Origin: a virus
Virus record (IMG/VR): IMGVR_UViG_3300031413_000569
Strand: one strand, 5' to 3'
DNA: 64,000 bases
In this document: in pieces, positions 56,005-64,000 of the stretch
How positions within the stretch are numbered: the stretch's first letter is position 1
Layout: every line of letters starts with the position of its first letter
Position numbers and translations under genes: made by a program
Notes under the pieces: generated by a model
Seen by the model: only the letters and a program-made list of their open reading frames with translations
What the model was told of the DNA's origin: nothing
Database searches by the model: none

Positions 56005-57915
56005 TTGAAAGCTTGTTGTAGAAATTACCTTCTTGCATTTTATTCAGCTATGGGATACGATGGGAGCATTATGACAAACAGAGAAGGTACTCACATGCGA
56101 AAGTCTCTCATGACAGCGGTTGGCGTTCTTGCCATTGCTGGTCTGTTCCTCACCGGCTGCACTTCAGAGTCAGCTGTCCCTAACGGTGGCACTTCCGCTG
56201 CTGATACTTCGTTCGAGAATGATGGTTGTACTCACATCACGGTTGCTACTTCTTCTGAGAAGGTGAACCTGATGGATAAGATGGCTGGCGAGTTCAAGGA
56301 TTCAGCTGAGGCTAAGGCTTTGGACAAGTGTGTCACAGTGAAGCCCATCAACGTCACTTCTGGTGATGGTACGAAAATTCTCTCCTCCGCTCCTTCTGAG
56401 TGGCCTTTGGAGAATGAGGAGTCCTGGCCTACTCTCTGGTCTCCTGCTTCCACAGTGTGGACTGACCGTGTTGCGGCTGCTGGTAACAGTGGTGTGCTGT
56501 CTGATGTGAAGAGCTTCACTCACACTCCTGTGGTGTTCGGCATGCCTGAGTCGATGGCTAAGGCTCTGGGTTACCCTGACAAGCCTGTTAGCATGGCTGA
56601 TTTGAACAACCTGATTACTGACCCTGATGGTTGGGGTAGTGTTGGTAAGCCTCTGTGGGGTTCTTTCAAGATTTCGAAAACTAACCCGAACACTTCGACA
56701 ACTGGTTTGTCTGCAATTCTAATGCAGTCTTATGCTGCTGCTGGCAAGCAGGCTGATTTGACTTCTGATGATGTCACTGCTGCAGCTGACTTTTCTCGTG
56801 AGTTTGAATCTGGTGCTATCCATTACGGCGACACAACAGGTAAGGTTCTGAGCACTCTGTACAACGAAACCCAGAATGGTGCTGAGAACACAGGTTACGT
56901 GTCAGCTATTGCTCTGGAGGAGACTTCTCTCATCAACTACAACATGGGTAACCCTGACTCTCACACTGTTCAGCCTGGTGAGACTCTGACTCCTCCTAAG
57001 GAGAAGCTTGTTGCTGTGTACCCTTCTGAGGGTTCCATGTGGTCTGACAACCCTGTTGCTGTTCTGAACTCACCTTGGGTTTCAGCTGAGAAGAAGGCTG
57101 CTGGTGCAGCTTTTGCTCAGTTCCTGCAGTCTGAGACTGCCCAGAATGTTCTGCCTGAGTTCGGTTTCCGCCCTCTGACTGATGGTGTTGACCTGGGCAA
57201 GCTTTTCACTGCTGAGTATGGTGTTGACCCGTCGCAGCCTGGTGTGACTCTGCCTTTGCCTTCCGCTGGGGTTGTGTCTACCGCTATTGACCAGTGGGAG
57301 CAGATTCGTAAGCCTTCTGCTGTGCTTGAACTTGTCGACATTTCGAACTCCATGAACGAAGGCATCGGTGATGGTCGTAGCCGTCTTGATGGTGCTATCA
57401 CTGGTGTGCAGTCAACTGTTGGTCATTTCCGTGGAACTGATGAGGTTGGTGTGTGGGCGTTCACAACAGGTATCAAGTCTGACCTTGGTGAGAGTGTTGT
57501 TCCTGTTCGTGAGTTTAGTGAGCTGGGTGCTGGTAAGGAGACTCTGCAGGATTCTGTGGAGGATTTGAAGAACGCTAACAAGGGTGGTACTCCTCTGTAT
57601 GACGCTATCAGCACTTCTTATGACTACATGCAGGACCATGCTGAGATTGGTCGCATCAACGCTATTGTGGTATTGACTGATGGTGATGACACTGACTCTC
57701 GTACTTCCCTGGAGTCTCTGCTGGTGAAGCTGAACAGCTCCAAGAGTGAAAGTAACGAGGCTCCTCAGGTGCGTATCTTCCCTATCGCTTACGGTGCGGA
57801 AGCTAACAAGGATGTTCTGACTCAGATTGCGAAAGCTTCTGGTGGTCAGATGTTCGACGCTTCAGATGCTTCGAAGATTGACACTGTGTTCGCATCAGTT
57901 ATCAACAACTTCTGA
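56005..57915 (+). CDS. Lipoprotein: substrate-binding-protein domain + vWA domain (likely start near 56095)
   Basis: LTGC lipobox; SSEK, WSPAS, KTNP..STTG, YPSEG..WSDNP; MIDAS DISNS, GGTPLYDA, VLTDGDD. Confidence 0.88.
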   Translation: MKACCRNYLLAFYSAMGYDGSIMTNREGTHMRKSLMTAVGVLAIAGLFLTGCTSESAVPNGGTSAADTSFENDGCTHITVATSSEKVNLMDKMAGEFKDSAEAKALDKCVTVKPINVTSGDGTKILSSAPSEWPLENEESWPTLWSPASTVWTDRVAAAGNSGVLSDVKSFTHTPVVFGMPESMAKALGYPDKPVSMADLNNLITDPDGWGSVGKPLWGSFKISKTNPNTSTTGLSAILMQSYAAAGKQADLTSDDVTAAADFSREFESGAIHYGDTTGKVLSTLYNETQNGAENTGYVSAIALEETSLINYNMGNPDSHTVQPGETLTPPKEKLVAVYPSEGSMWSDNPVAVLNSPWVSAEKKAAGAAFAQFLQSETAQNVLPEFGFRPLTDGVDLGKLFTAEYGVDPSQPGVTLPLPSAGVVSTAIDQWEQIRKPSAVLELVDISNSMNEGIGDGRSRLDGAITGVQSTVGHFRGTDEVGVWAFTTGIKSDLGESVVPVREFSELGAGKETLQDSVEDLKNANKGGTPLYDAISTSYDYMQDHAEIGRINAIVVLTDGDDTDSRTSLESLLVKLNSSKSESNEAPQVRIFPIAYGAEANKDVLTQIAKASGGQMFDASDASKIDTVFASVINNF

Positions 57916-57928
57916 TTCGTACACTTTG

Positions 57929-57971
57929 AGTGAAGGCTCACAACCTGAATGTTGGGTTGTGAGCCTTCACT
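57929..57971. terminator. Intrinsic terminator
   Basis: agtgaaggctcacaacc...ggttgtgagccttcact. Confidence 0.8.
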
Positions 57972-57992
57972 GTTTGTAGTTGTTATTGACTT

Positions 57993-59099
57993 TTGGCGGA
58001 TTTGAAGTATACTGAGAGCATGAATATTTTCGTGAGAGTCACCAAATGGTCTGGTGTTGCTGTTCTGGCGCTGTTCTCGTCTCTGGTTTTCAGTTCAGCT
58101 GCTTTCGCTGCTGCTGAGTCAGGCTATGTAGGGGACGCTGTTGCTGGGCTTGGTTCAAGTCCTATCTATGTAGACTCTGATGCCACTCTGACTGACAGTG
58201 CAGCCATTGCTGCAGGACTGAACGGGTCAGATGTGAACGTTGTCGCTTTCCCTTCTGTTTCTATCTCCACATACAGCCCTACTGATTTGGCTGGCATGAT
58301 TCGACAGGAGACAGGTAAGGACACTGTGGTCGTTGTTGTTGACAACGCTGGTCGTGACCAGGTTGGTGTCTCTTCTGAATCTAACGCCACTGAAATTGCT
58401 ACTGTGGTGAACGAGGCTATGACTTCCACTAACGGTGATGCTGGTGCTGCGTTGGCTTCTACTGTGGAGCAGGTTGCTTCTTTGTCTGCGGATGAGACAG
58501 TAGCGGCTGAGGGCGATATTTTCGGTCCTACTAACTTGGTTTTTGTGATTCTTGTGGGTCTTATTGGTGCTGCAGCAGCTGTGGTGGCGTTCAATGCCCT
58601 CAAACGGGCTCGACGTAACCGTAGTCAGGCTGCTCTTCCTGTGGGTGTGAACCTTATTGCAGTGGAGTCAGGTTTGTCTGATGAGCAGCGTCTTATCGAG
58701 AACTCCATCACCACTCTTCAGCAGCAGCTGCGTGCCCGTCAGAGTGATTTCCCTGAGAAGATTAGCGCCAGCGTGAACGGAATCCTTGCAACTCTGCAGG
58801 AGCTTCTTCCTCAGTGGAAGCAGATGGATTCATATGCGGACCAGAAGTTCACCATCAACCGCATCATCACGGACTACCTGCCTAACATGCTGAACACGTA
58901 CCTTGAACTTCCTAAGTCTTACCTTGCTCGTACGAAGAAGGACACTGAAGGTAAAATCATGGACCAGCTTCGCATTCTGCAGGATGCTGTGAATGAGATT
59001 CAGGACAGCGTATATGAGGGTGTTGAGCAGAAGATTGAAGAGCAGGGTCATTTCTTGGCTACTCGTTTCCAGACTGATAACACTCTCCGCCTGAAGTAA
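57993..59099 (+). CDS. Exported domain + TM + cytoplasmic XpaC-like domain
   Basis: Signal peptide; TM; IITDYLPNMLNTYLELP...MDQLRIL...EQGHFLATRF. Confidence 0.8.
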   Translation: MADLKYTESMNIFVRVTKWSGVAVLALFSSLVFSSAAFAAAESGYVGDAVAGLGSSPIYVDSDATLTDSAAIAAGLNGSDVNVVAFPSVSISTYSPTDLAGMIRQETGKDTVVVVVDNAGRDQVGVSSESNATEIATVVNEAMTSTNGDAGAALASTVEQVASLSADETVAAEGDIFGPTNLVFVILVGLIGAAAAVVAFNALKRARRNRSQAALPVGVNLIAVESGLSDEQRLIENSITTLQQQLRARQSDFPEKISASVNGILATLQELLPQWKQMDSYADQKFTINRIITDYLPNMLNTYLELPKSYLARTKKDTEGKIMDQLRILQDAVNEIQDSVYEGVEQKIEEQGHFLATRFQTDNTLRLK

Positions 59100-59134
59100 G
59101 CTTTACTTTCCCTGATTACTGAAATGAGTTTTGT

Positions 59135-59758
59135 ATGACTTTGAACACTGTTGGTTACATCAAAGGTGTAATCGATTGGAAAGACTTCCATTATTGGGTG
59201 AATGCTAATCTGCTGAAAGCTCCGAATGCTGAGTTCACTTACAAGGAAGCCGGCTTGACGTATGACGAGTGGAATGGGCTTCAGGTTGCTGAACGGTCAT
59301 CTTTGGATAACCGTGGCGGTCAGGGGTTTGCGGCTTGGTTCATGTTGTCTTGGTCTGACACTCCTTACCAGGATGATGACTGGGAGCAGGATGTTGTCCG
59401 TGAGTACTATGACTCTGATGAGGAGTTTGAAGATGCATGGTCCAGGAGTTTAGCCAGGCAGCATGCATTGGGTGATTTCTACGGTGAGTTCTCATTTGAT
59501 ACTGCTTACGGCTATAAAGATGAAAACGGTTTGGATTGCAGTGGTTTGCATGCTTCTTACCTTGTACGCATCTACCGTGAATATTTGGAACCTCGTGGGG
59601 TTAACATGGTGTGGATGAATGAATACACCAGTGAACGGTTCACGAATTTGGACGGTCTCGCTACTTTGCTTGGTTCTGGTGACAAAGCTGGTGATTGGTT
59701 TGAGAATACGGTGAAACCGCGTCTGGGTAAAACACTTGGAATTGATTTGAACGAGTAA
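59135..59758 (+). CDS. Acidic aromatic-rich hypothetical protein
   Basis: ORF followed by a terminator. Confidence 0.75.
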   Translation: MTLNTVGYIKGVIDWKDFHYWVNANLLKAPNAEFTYKEAGLTYDEWNGLQVAERSSLDNRGGQGFAAWFMLSWSDTPYQDDDWEQDVVREYYDSDEEFEDAWSRSLARQHALGDFYGEFSFDTAYGYKDENGLDCSGLHASYLVRIYREYLEPRGVNMVWMNEYTSERFTNLDGLATLLGSGDKAGDWFENTVKPRLGKTLGIDLNE

Positions 59759-59766
59759 TTGAATGC

Positions 59767-59804
59767 AAGAAAGCCCTCACGTACTATCACGTGAGGGCTT
59801 TCTT
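59767..59804. terminator. Bidirectional terminator
   Basis: aagaaagccctcacgt-actatc-acgtgagggctttctt. Confidence 0.88.
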
Positions 59805-59814
59805 ATGTTTGTGG

Positions 59815-60777
59815 TTATCTATCTTTTACTACCACTGAAATGTTCTTCATTTCATAATTGTCTGGAGTGTAAGTGCTTGTGTTTTGAAAATAGAATTTGA
59901 CGTATTTGGCATCAGCTGGAAATTCTGCTGCTGAACCTGCTGCGCCGAATCCACCAAAGCCGCCACGATACCATTCGTTAGCTTTGTCCGCTGGAACAAT
60001 CATTGACGCACCATTGCTTTTGTAACCAGAGGAGTTAGCTACTAATGTTTTACCATCTGCAGCGTAGTAGTAAGCACCAATCACTGCTCTTTTCTGGTCA
60101 CCACTGATGTAGGGCAGTTTTACATCAGCGTACACTGTATACTGCTTGCCTTCACCAATTTCCATTAGTGGCAGGGTAACAATGTCAGTATTTTTGTTGA
60201 ACTTGACAATACCTGTCTGAAGGTCGACATTTGTTGTTCCTCCAGCTACCCACTCTGATACGGCAGGAGTGTTGGCTTGACCAACTGAATCTTCAGCGTT
60301 AGATGGCCAGCTACAGTCTGTAGGGTAGTTAGCTGGTCGAGCAGGAAGAGTGGTGAAAGATTTTGCGGCTGGAGCTTTGGAAGTCACATAATACTGTGTT
60401 CCTGTTGGGGACTTAGTAAATGCTGCGTAACAGTCTGCACCAGCGAAGATGCTTACTTGACCTTTTTCATCAGGGAGGAGGTCTTTGATGTGGCTGGAGA
60501 AATGACCATCGAGACCATATTTTGCACTTTCAGCTGTATGAACAGCTAATAGCGAGTTCTTTGAAGCATTGTTCTGGGCCCATGGAATAACCGCGAAGAC
60601 TGTGGCAGCTACAACGCTACCGATGAGACCGATTACGATTACACCAACTATGATAGATGCCAGATCAACAGCTGCTTTTTCGTTTCTGAATGACTGACGT
60701 ATCTGATTTAGGCTTGAGTGTATGTGTTTATTACGATTCATTGGGTTCCTGTATGCGAGGTTAGTTTGAGACATCAA
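59815..60777 (-). CDS. Type IV pilin-like N-domain + carbohydrate-binding-like C-domain
   Basis: EKA|AVDLASIIVGVIVIGLIGSVVAATVFAVIPWAQ; C-terminal beta-sandwich-like region. Confidence 0.7.
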   Translation of the reverse strand: MMSQTNLAYRNPMNRNKHIHSSLNQIRQSFRNEKAAVDLASIIVGVIVIGLIGSVVAATVFAVIPWAQNNASKNSLLAVHTAESAKYGLDGHFSSHIKDLLPDEKGQVSIFAGADCYAAFTKSPTGTQYYVTSKAPAAKSFTTLPARPANYPTDCSWPSNAEDSVGQANTPAVSEWVAGGTTNVDLQTGIVKFNKNTDIVTLPLMEIGEGKQYTVYADVKLPYISGDQKRAVIGAYYYAADGKTLVANSSGYKSNGASMIVPADKANEWYRGGFGGFGAAGSAAEFPADAKYVKFYFQNTSTYTPDNYEMKNISVVVKDR

Positions 60778-60784
60778 TAAACTT

Positions 60785-60790
60785 TATCGG
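60785..60790 (-). promoter_or_regulatory. CCGATA element
   Basis: ACCGATAA just before the pilin-like gene start. Confidence 0.5.
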
Positions 60791-60946
60791 TAAAATGTCC
60801 TCCTAACAGGGGACATAATATTTTTCTCAGTTATATCTAAGCATCAGGTGTTCTTAGGGAACCACGCATAACAAGAATGAGGGTTTGTGTTCTGGTTCGA
60901 TTGATGATATGATGAAAGTATTCATTGTCCGAGAGAAAGATGATAC

Positions 60947-61303
60947 ATGTACTCCACCGATAAGCACCGCAAGATTGTTGGCTCTGAACTGTTCCATGCT
61001 TACCTGAATGGTTTGCTGAGTGGGGTGTTGAAGGACGCTAAGCTGAAGAAGCTCACCAGTAGCGATGTGATGACTCGGGTTGAGTACACTGATGATGAGC
61101 GTAACTACCGCATCATCACAGTGATGTGGGAGACAGCAGAAGGTACAGGCAGAACTGATGAGATTGTTCTGGCAACATCCGCTAACATCGGTTTCGACCA
61201 CAACCCTTTCGGGACTATCGTGGGTAAGGAAATTGCCGCTGCTATCGACCCGAGTGTCAACATCCTGAAGACTGCTTCCAAGTTCGACCGGTACAAGAAG
61301 TAA
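60947..61303 (+). CDS. Hypothetical protein (118 aa)
   Basis: ORF with RBS and terminator. Confidence 0.7.
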   Translation: MYSTDKHRKIVGSELFHAYLNGLLSGVLKDAKLKKLTSSDVMTRVEYTDDERNYRIITVMWETAEGTGRTDEIVLATSANIGFDHNPFGTIVGKEIAAAIDPSVNILKTASKFDRYKK

Positions 61304-61312
61304 CTTTTTCAC

Positions 61313-61347
61313 AAAGCAGCTGCCTACATTTAGTAGGCAGCTGCTTT
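61313..61347. terminator. Intrinsic terminator
   Basis: aaagcagctgcctac-attta-gtaggcagctgcttt. Confidence 0.88.
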
Positions 61348-61543
61348 TGTTTTGCCTGGTTGAGGCAGGGATGCTGATAGGAGACCCTGTAGGCTGTTCT
61401 GACGAGGTTTGGGTATTATTTGATGCAGCTGGTGGGTTGATTCAAACAGAAGCGTTACAGAGCGTTTTAGCGGGTCAGCTGTCTTATCCGAACTGGCTTT
61501 TTAAGCAATTATTTGATATAATAGTAGTATCGTTAATTAGAGA

Positions 61544-61870
61544 TTGAAGACAATTATGCCAGTTACCCGAGTTCCGTATCAGACACACAACGGAGAGAAA
61601 ACTTTAGCCAGCTATATCAGCCGGCACCAACGCGATGAATCATTTGACTGGGAGCCTAACTCTCCTTTCTATGCAGAAATGGAAATTACTTCTCAGTATG
61701 AAAACCGTGTTCAGCTGATGGATACTTTGTCTGGAACTGTTTATTCAATGTTCGTACATCGTCTTGTTGCTTTGGTCCAGGAAGGTCGGGTCCAGGGTGC
61801 TATTATCAAAGGTGAATGGAACGTCCATAAGCAGGGTAACGCGTACGCGGTGAAAATGGTTCATCAGTAA
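61544..61870 (+). CDS. Hypothetical protein (108 aa)
   Basis: DWEPNSPF.A.M...KQGNAYAVK; terminator follows. Confidence 0.7.
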   Translation: MKTIMPVTRVPYQTHNGEKTLASYISRHQRDESFDWEPNSPFYAEMEITSQYENRVQLMDTLSGTVYSMFVHRLVALVQEGRVQGAIIKGEWNVHKQGNAYAVKMVHQ

Positions 61871-61876
61871 GACAAA

Positions 61877-61914
61877 AGAAGAAGGCAACCCTAACATTAG
61901 GGTTGCCTTCTTCT
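61877..61914. terminator. Bidirectional terminator
   Basis: agaagaaggcaacccta-acat-tagggttgccttcttct. Confidence 0.88.
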
Positions 61915-61921
61915 CATTTAA

Positions 61922-62161
61922 TCAGAAATCTTGCATCGCTCGTTGTTTTAGCTGACCTTGTATTGTTTCGGGCCAGTTGAACTGATGTGTTTCTTTGTTG
62001 CCGCAGTTGACACAGTTCAAGGTGTAGTTTCCTGGAACTAACTTTCGAGCTCGTTGAGGCAGTGGGGTGCTGGTGTTTGTGTCAGTAATTTTCACTCCAC
62101 CGTTTGAACCACCTGAGTAGTTCATGGCTTTCCTACCGCATTGTTTACATGTATACGACAT
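61922..62161 (-). CDS. Small CxxC...CxxC zinc-finger protein
   Basis: CKQC and CVNC. Confidence 0.7.
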   Translation of the reverse strand: MSYTCKQCGRKAMNYSGGSNGGVKITDTNTSTPLPQRARKLVPGNYTLNCVNCGNKETHQFNWPETIQGQLKQRAMQDF

Positions 62162-62254
62162 TGTATTCTCCTTTGTTGAAGGTATCTAACAGTATCTGCA
62201 TTTTGCAACTTTACATGCTGTGAATAGGTTCCGAGCTTATGCATGAATACCAGG

Positions 62255-63841
62255 TTATGGGATTAGCTTGATTTGAACAGCTTTCTTCACTACACCTGAT
62301 ACTGTTGTACCATCTCCCAGATAATGAGTTTGATACTGATATCCAGATACATAAAGGTTTCCTGATTTGGTCATGAAGTAACTCAAATCAGTAGTACTTG
62401 TTGACATTGCAATGTCAACAATTTCTTCCCCAGGAATAGTGATTTGTACAGGGGTAGTAGAGCTGGGAATATCATTTCCATAGGCTCCGTAGCTGTTAGT
62501 ACCTGTCGCATAAGCTTTACCATCTTGACCTATTAATAATGTAGTGTAATGGCTTGGAATTATTTTTGCTGCTTTGAAACCTATAAACGGAGCATATTCA
62601 GTTGGGGTATAAGTTTGGCTACCACCTGGAACGGTTCCCCAGATAAAGATTTTACCTTCAGTGTTGATAGCAAAAGTTGTAATATACTTGGTAACTAAGT
62701 GAGTCACTGTTCCTAATTGAGGGTTTGTTGCAGTAAGGTTTGTAGGTTGTTTTACCGGCGTTGTGGTTGTGTATCCCAGTTCATTGTTCACAGACCTTCC
62801 CCACACCCAAACAGTGCCATCATCTTTTAGAGCCATGCTGCGTAACCCTGTTGCTTGGATGTCTTTCACCCCTGTGAAACCTGGAATAAGCTGCGGCACT
62901 GTTGATAGTCCAGCAAAAGTAGGGTTCACACCAACCTGACCTTGAGAATTCTTACCCCAAGCATAAACTGAGCCATCAGCAGTTAAAGCCATAGCATGCT
63001 CTGCACCTACTGCAATTTTTACAATGTTGGAAATACCTGGTATTTTAGTGGGTTCGTTGGGAGTGTAAGACCATGTATCAACTCTGCCCCATTCGTAGAG
63101 TTCACCAGAAGTGGATAACGCCAGACCGTACCAGTTGTTGTTGCTGACTTGAGAGAAAGAGCCTTCTGTCACTACGGTTGGAGTGCTAAACGCTGTTTTT
63201 GCCGAAGTTCCGTCAATTTGGCTGTATCGGTTATCTCCCCAGCCCCAAATTTTGTTATCATAGATAGCGAGAACTGTTCCACTACTACCATCAGTTATTG
63301 CTGTTGGCTTGAAATCAATTGGGTTGACAGGAACGTTAGGAGACGTTGGAATTGGAGCAGGCGTAGATACCCCTCCAGTTACAGGGCCAAGGCAAGTCTG
63401 GACTGGAGCTTCAACAGTGCCTTGAACTTGGATTGGAGTTTTGTTGCTGTTCTTGGCTGTGAACACTTTGCCCGATGCTGACTTGACATATGCATCATAG
63501 TCTTTACCATCAGAAGTAGCTACTACGCAGTAAGAAGAATCAGGACTTACTGCAAGAAGGTTGTTGGCAGCTAAACCATCTGAATGAGCGAATGTGTTTC
63601 GCCCGACACCACCTTGGAGTGCCTGAGAGGGGTCTGAAGATAAGCCAAACATAGCGTTCTCTGCTGTGTGGATGGATTCCAGTTGTTGTTTAGCCGCTTT
63701 ATCTTGAGACCATGGAATGACCGCAAAAACGGTAGCAGCAATAACACCACCAATCAAACCAATGATGATGACACCAACCATAATGGATGCCAAGTCAATA
63801 GCAGCACGGGAGGATTTTAGGACAGGGTAGAGCTTAAGCAT
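62255..63841 (-). CDS. Type IV pilin-like N-domain + Pro linker + RCC1/BLIP-II beta-propeller
   Basis: SRA|AIDLASIMVGVIIIGLIGGVIAATVFAVIPWSQ; IAVGAEHAMAL..DG.V..WG.N..GQ repeats. Confidence 0.8.
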   Translation of the reverse strand: MLKLYPVLKSSRAAIDLASIMVGVIIIGLIGGVIAATVFAVIPWSQDKAAKQQLESIHTAENAMFGLSSDPSQALQGGVGRNTFAHSDGLAANNLLAVSPDSSYCVVATSDGKDYDAYVKSASGKVFTAKNSNKTPIQVQGTVEAPVQTCLGPVTGGVSTPAPIPTSPNVPVNPIDFKPTAITDGSSGTVLAIYDNKIWGWGDNRYSQIDGTSAKTAFSTPTVVTEGSFSQVSNNNWYGLALSTSGELYEWGRVDTWSYTPNEPTKIPGISNIVKIAVGAEHAMALTADGSVYAWGKNSQGQVGVNPTFAGLSTVPQLIPGFTGVKDIQATGLRSMALKDDGTVWVWGRSVNNELGYTTTTPVKQPTNLTATNPQLGTVTHLVTKYITTFAINTEGKIFIWGTVPGGSQTYTPTEYAPFIGFKAAKIIPSHYTTLLIGQDGKAYATGTNSYGAYGNDIPSSTTPVQITIPGEEIVDIAMSTSTTDLSYFMTKSGNLYVSGYQYQTHYLGDGTTVSGVVKKAVQIKLIP

Positions 63842-63895
63842 AAGGAATATAGACTTTCAGGGGATGAAAATATTTTTCGTAGAATTGGATGTGGT

Positions 63896-64000
63896 TTATG
63901 GAATGGAAACTTCTACTGGGATACTTGGACCACTTCCTGGAATACCCAAACGGCCATTGGCATTAGAACCCCAAGCATATAGTTTTCCTTCTTCTGTCAA
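63896..64000 (-). CDS. C-terminus of another RCC1-repeat protein (5' truncated; not in ORF track)
   Basis: LTEEGKLYAWGSNANGRLGIPGSGPSIPVEVSIP*. Confidence 0.75.
   Translation of the reverse strand: MTEEGKLYAWGSNANGRLGIPGSGPSIPVEVSIP

Noticed and set aside
53081-61547. ORFs 53081-53605, 60854-61312 and 61347-61547
   Set aside because: The first two are antisense to better-supported genes; the last starts in a terminator and lacks an RBS
1-64000. Stop-codon reassignment
   Set aside because: Known genes are full length and coding density is high under the standard bacterial code

Overview
Moderately AT-rich, gene-dense DNA. Its recognisable proteins look actinobacterial (PncB, DnaE1-type polymerase, LAxTG sortase substrate, Ter cluster), but it lacks chromosomal housekeeping synteny. 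It is best read as part of a giant extrachromosomal element (megaplasmid or jumbo phage) of an actinobacterium. No capsid, terminase, T4SS, tRNA, rRNA or CRISPR array is visible, so element type is unresolved. Layout: (1) 1-17 kb replication/expression genes: C-terminus of a sigma70-family factor, RecG, DnaC/IstB-like ATPase, PncB, a sortase-anchored IPT/TIG protein and DnaE. (2) 17-43 kb is one co-directional Ter/TelA super-locus (HAD, PRTase fusion, HpcH/citrate-lyase-like, four TerD-family genes, TelA, TerC). It is interleaved with at least 13 paralogues sharing an XpaC-like C-terminal helical domain; a 14th copy sits beside an SBP-vWA lipoprotein at 56-59 kb. (3) An AT-rich nuclease/helicase island at 43-48.4 kb, where strand compositional skew flips sign. 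(4) 48-64 kb accessory genes, including a wHTH+HEPN-motif cassette and pilin-like proteins with variable C-terminal domains. A sigma28-like CCGATA element precedes at least ten genes, and a candidate three-way-junction RNA precedes dnaE. All family assignments come from motif recognition by eye; no searches were run.
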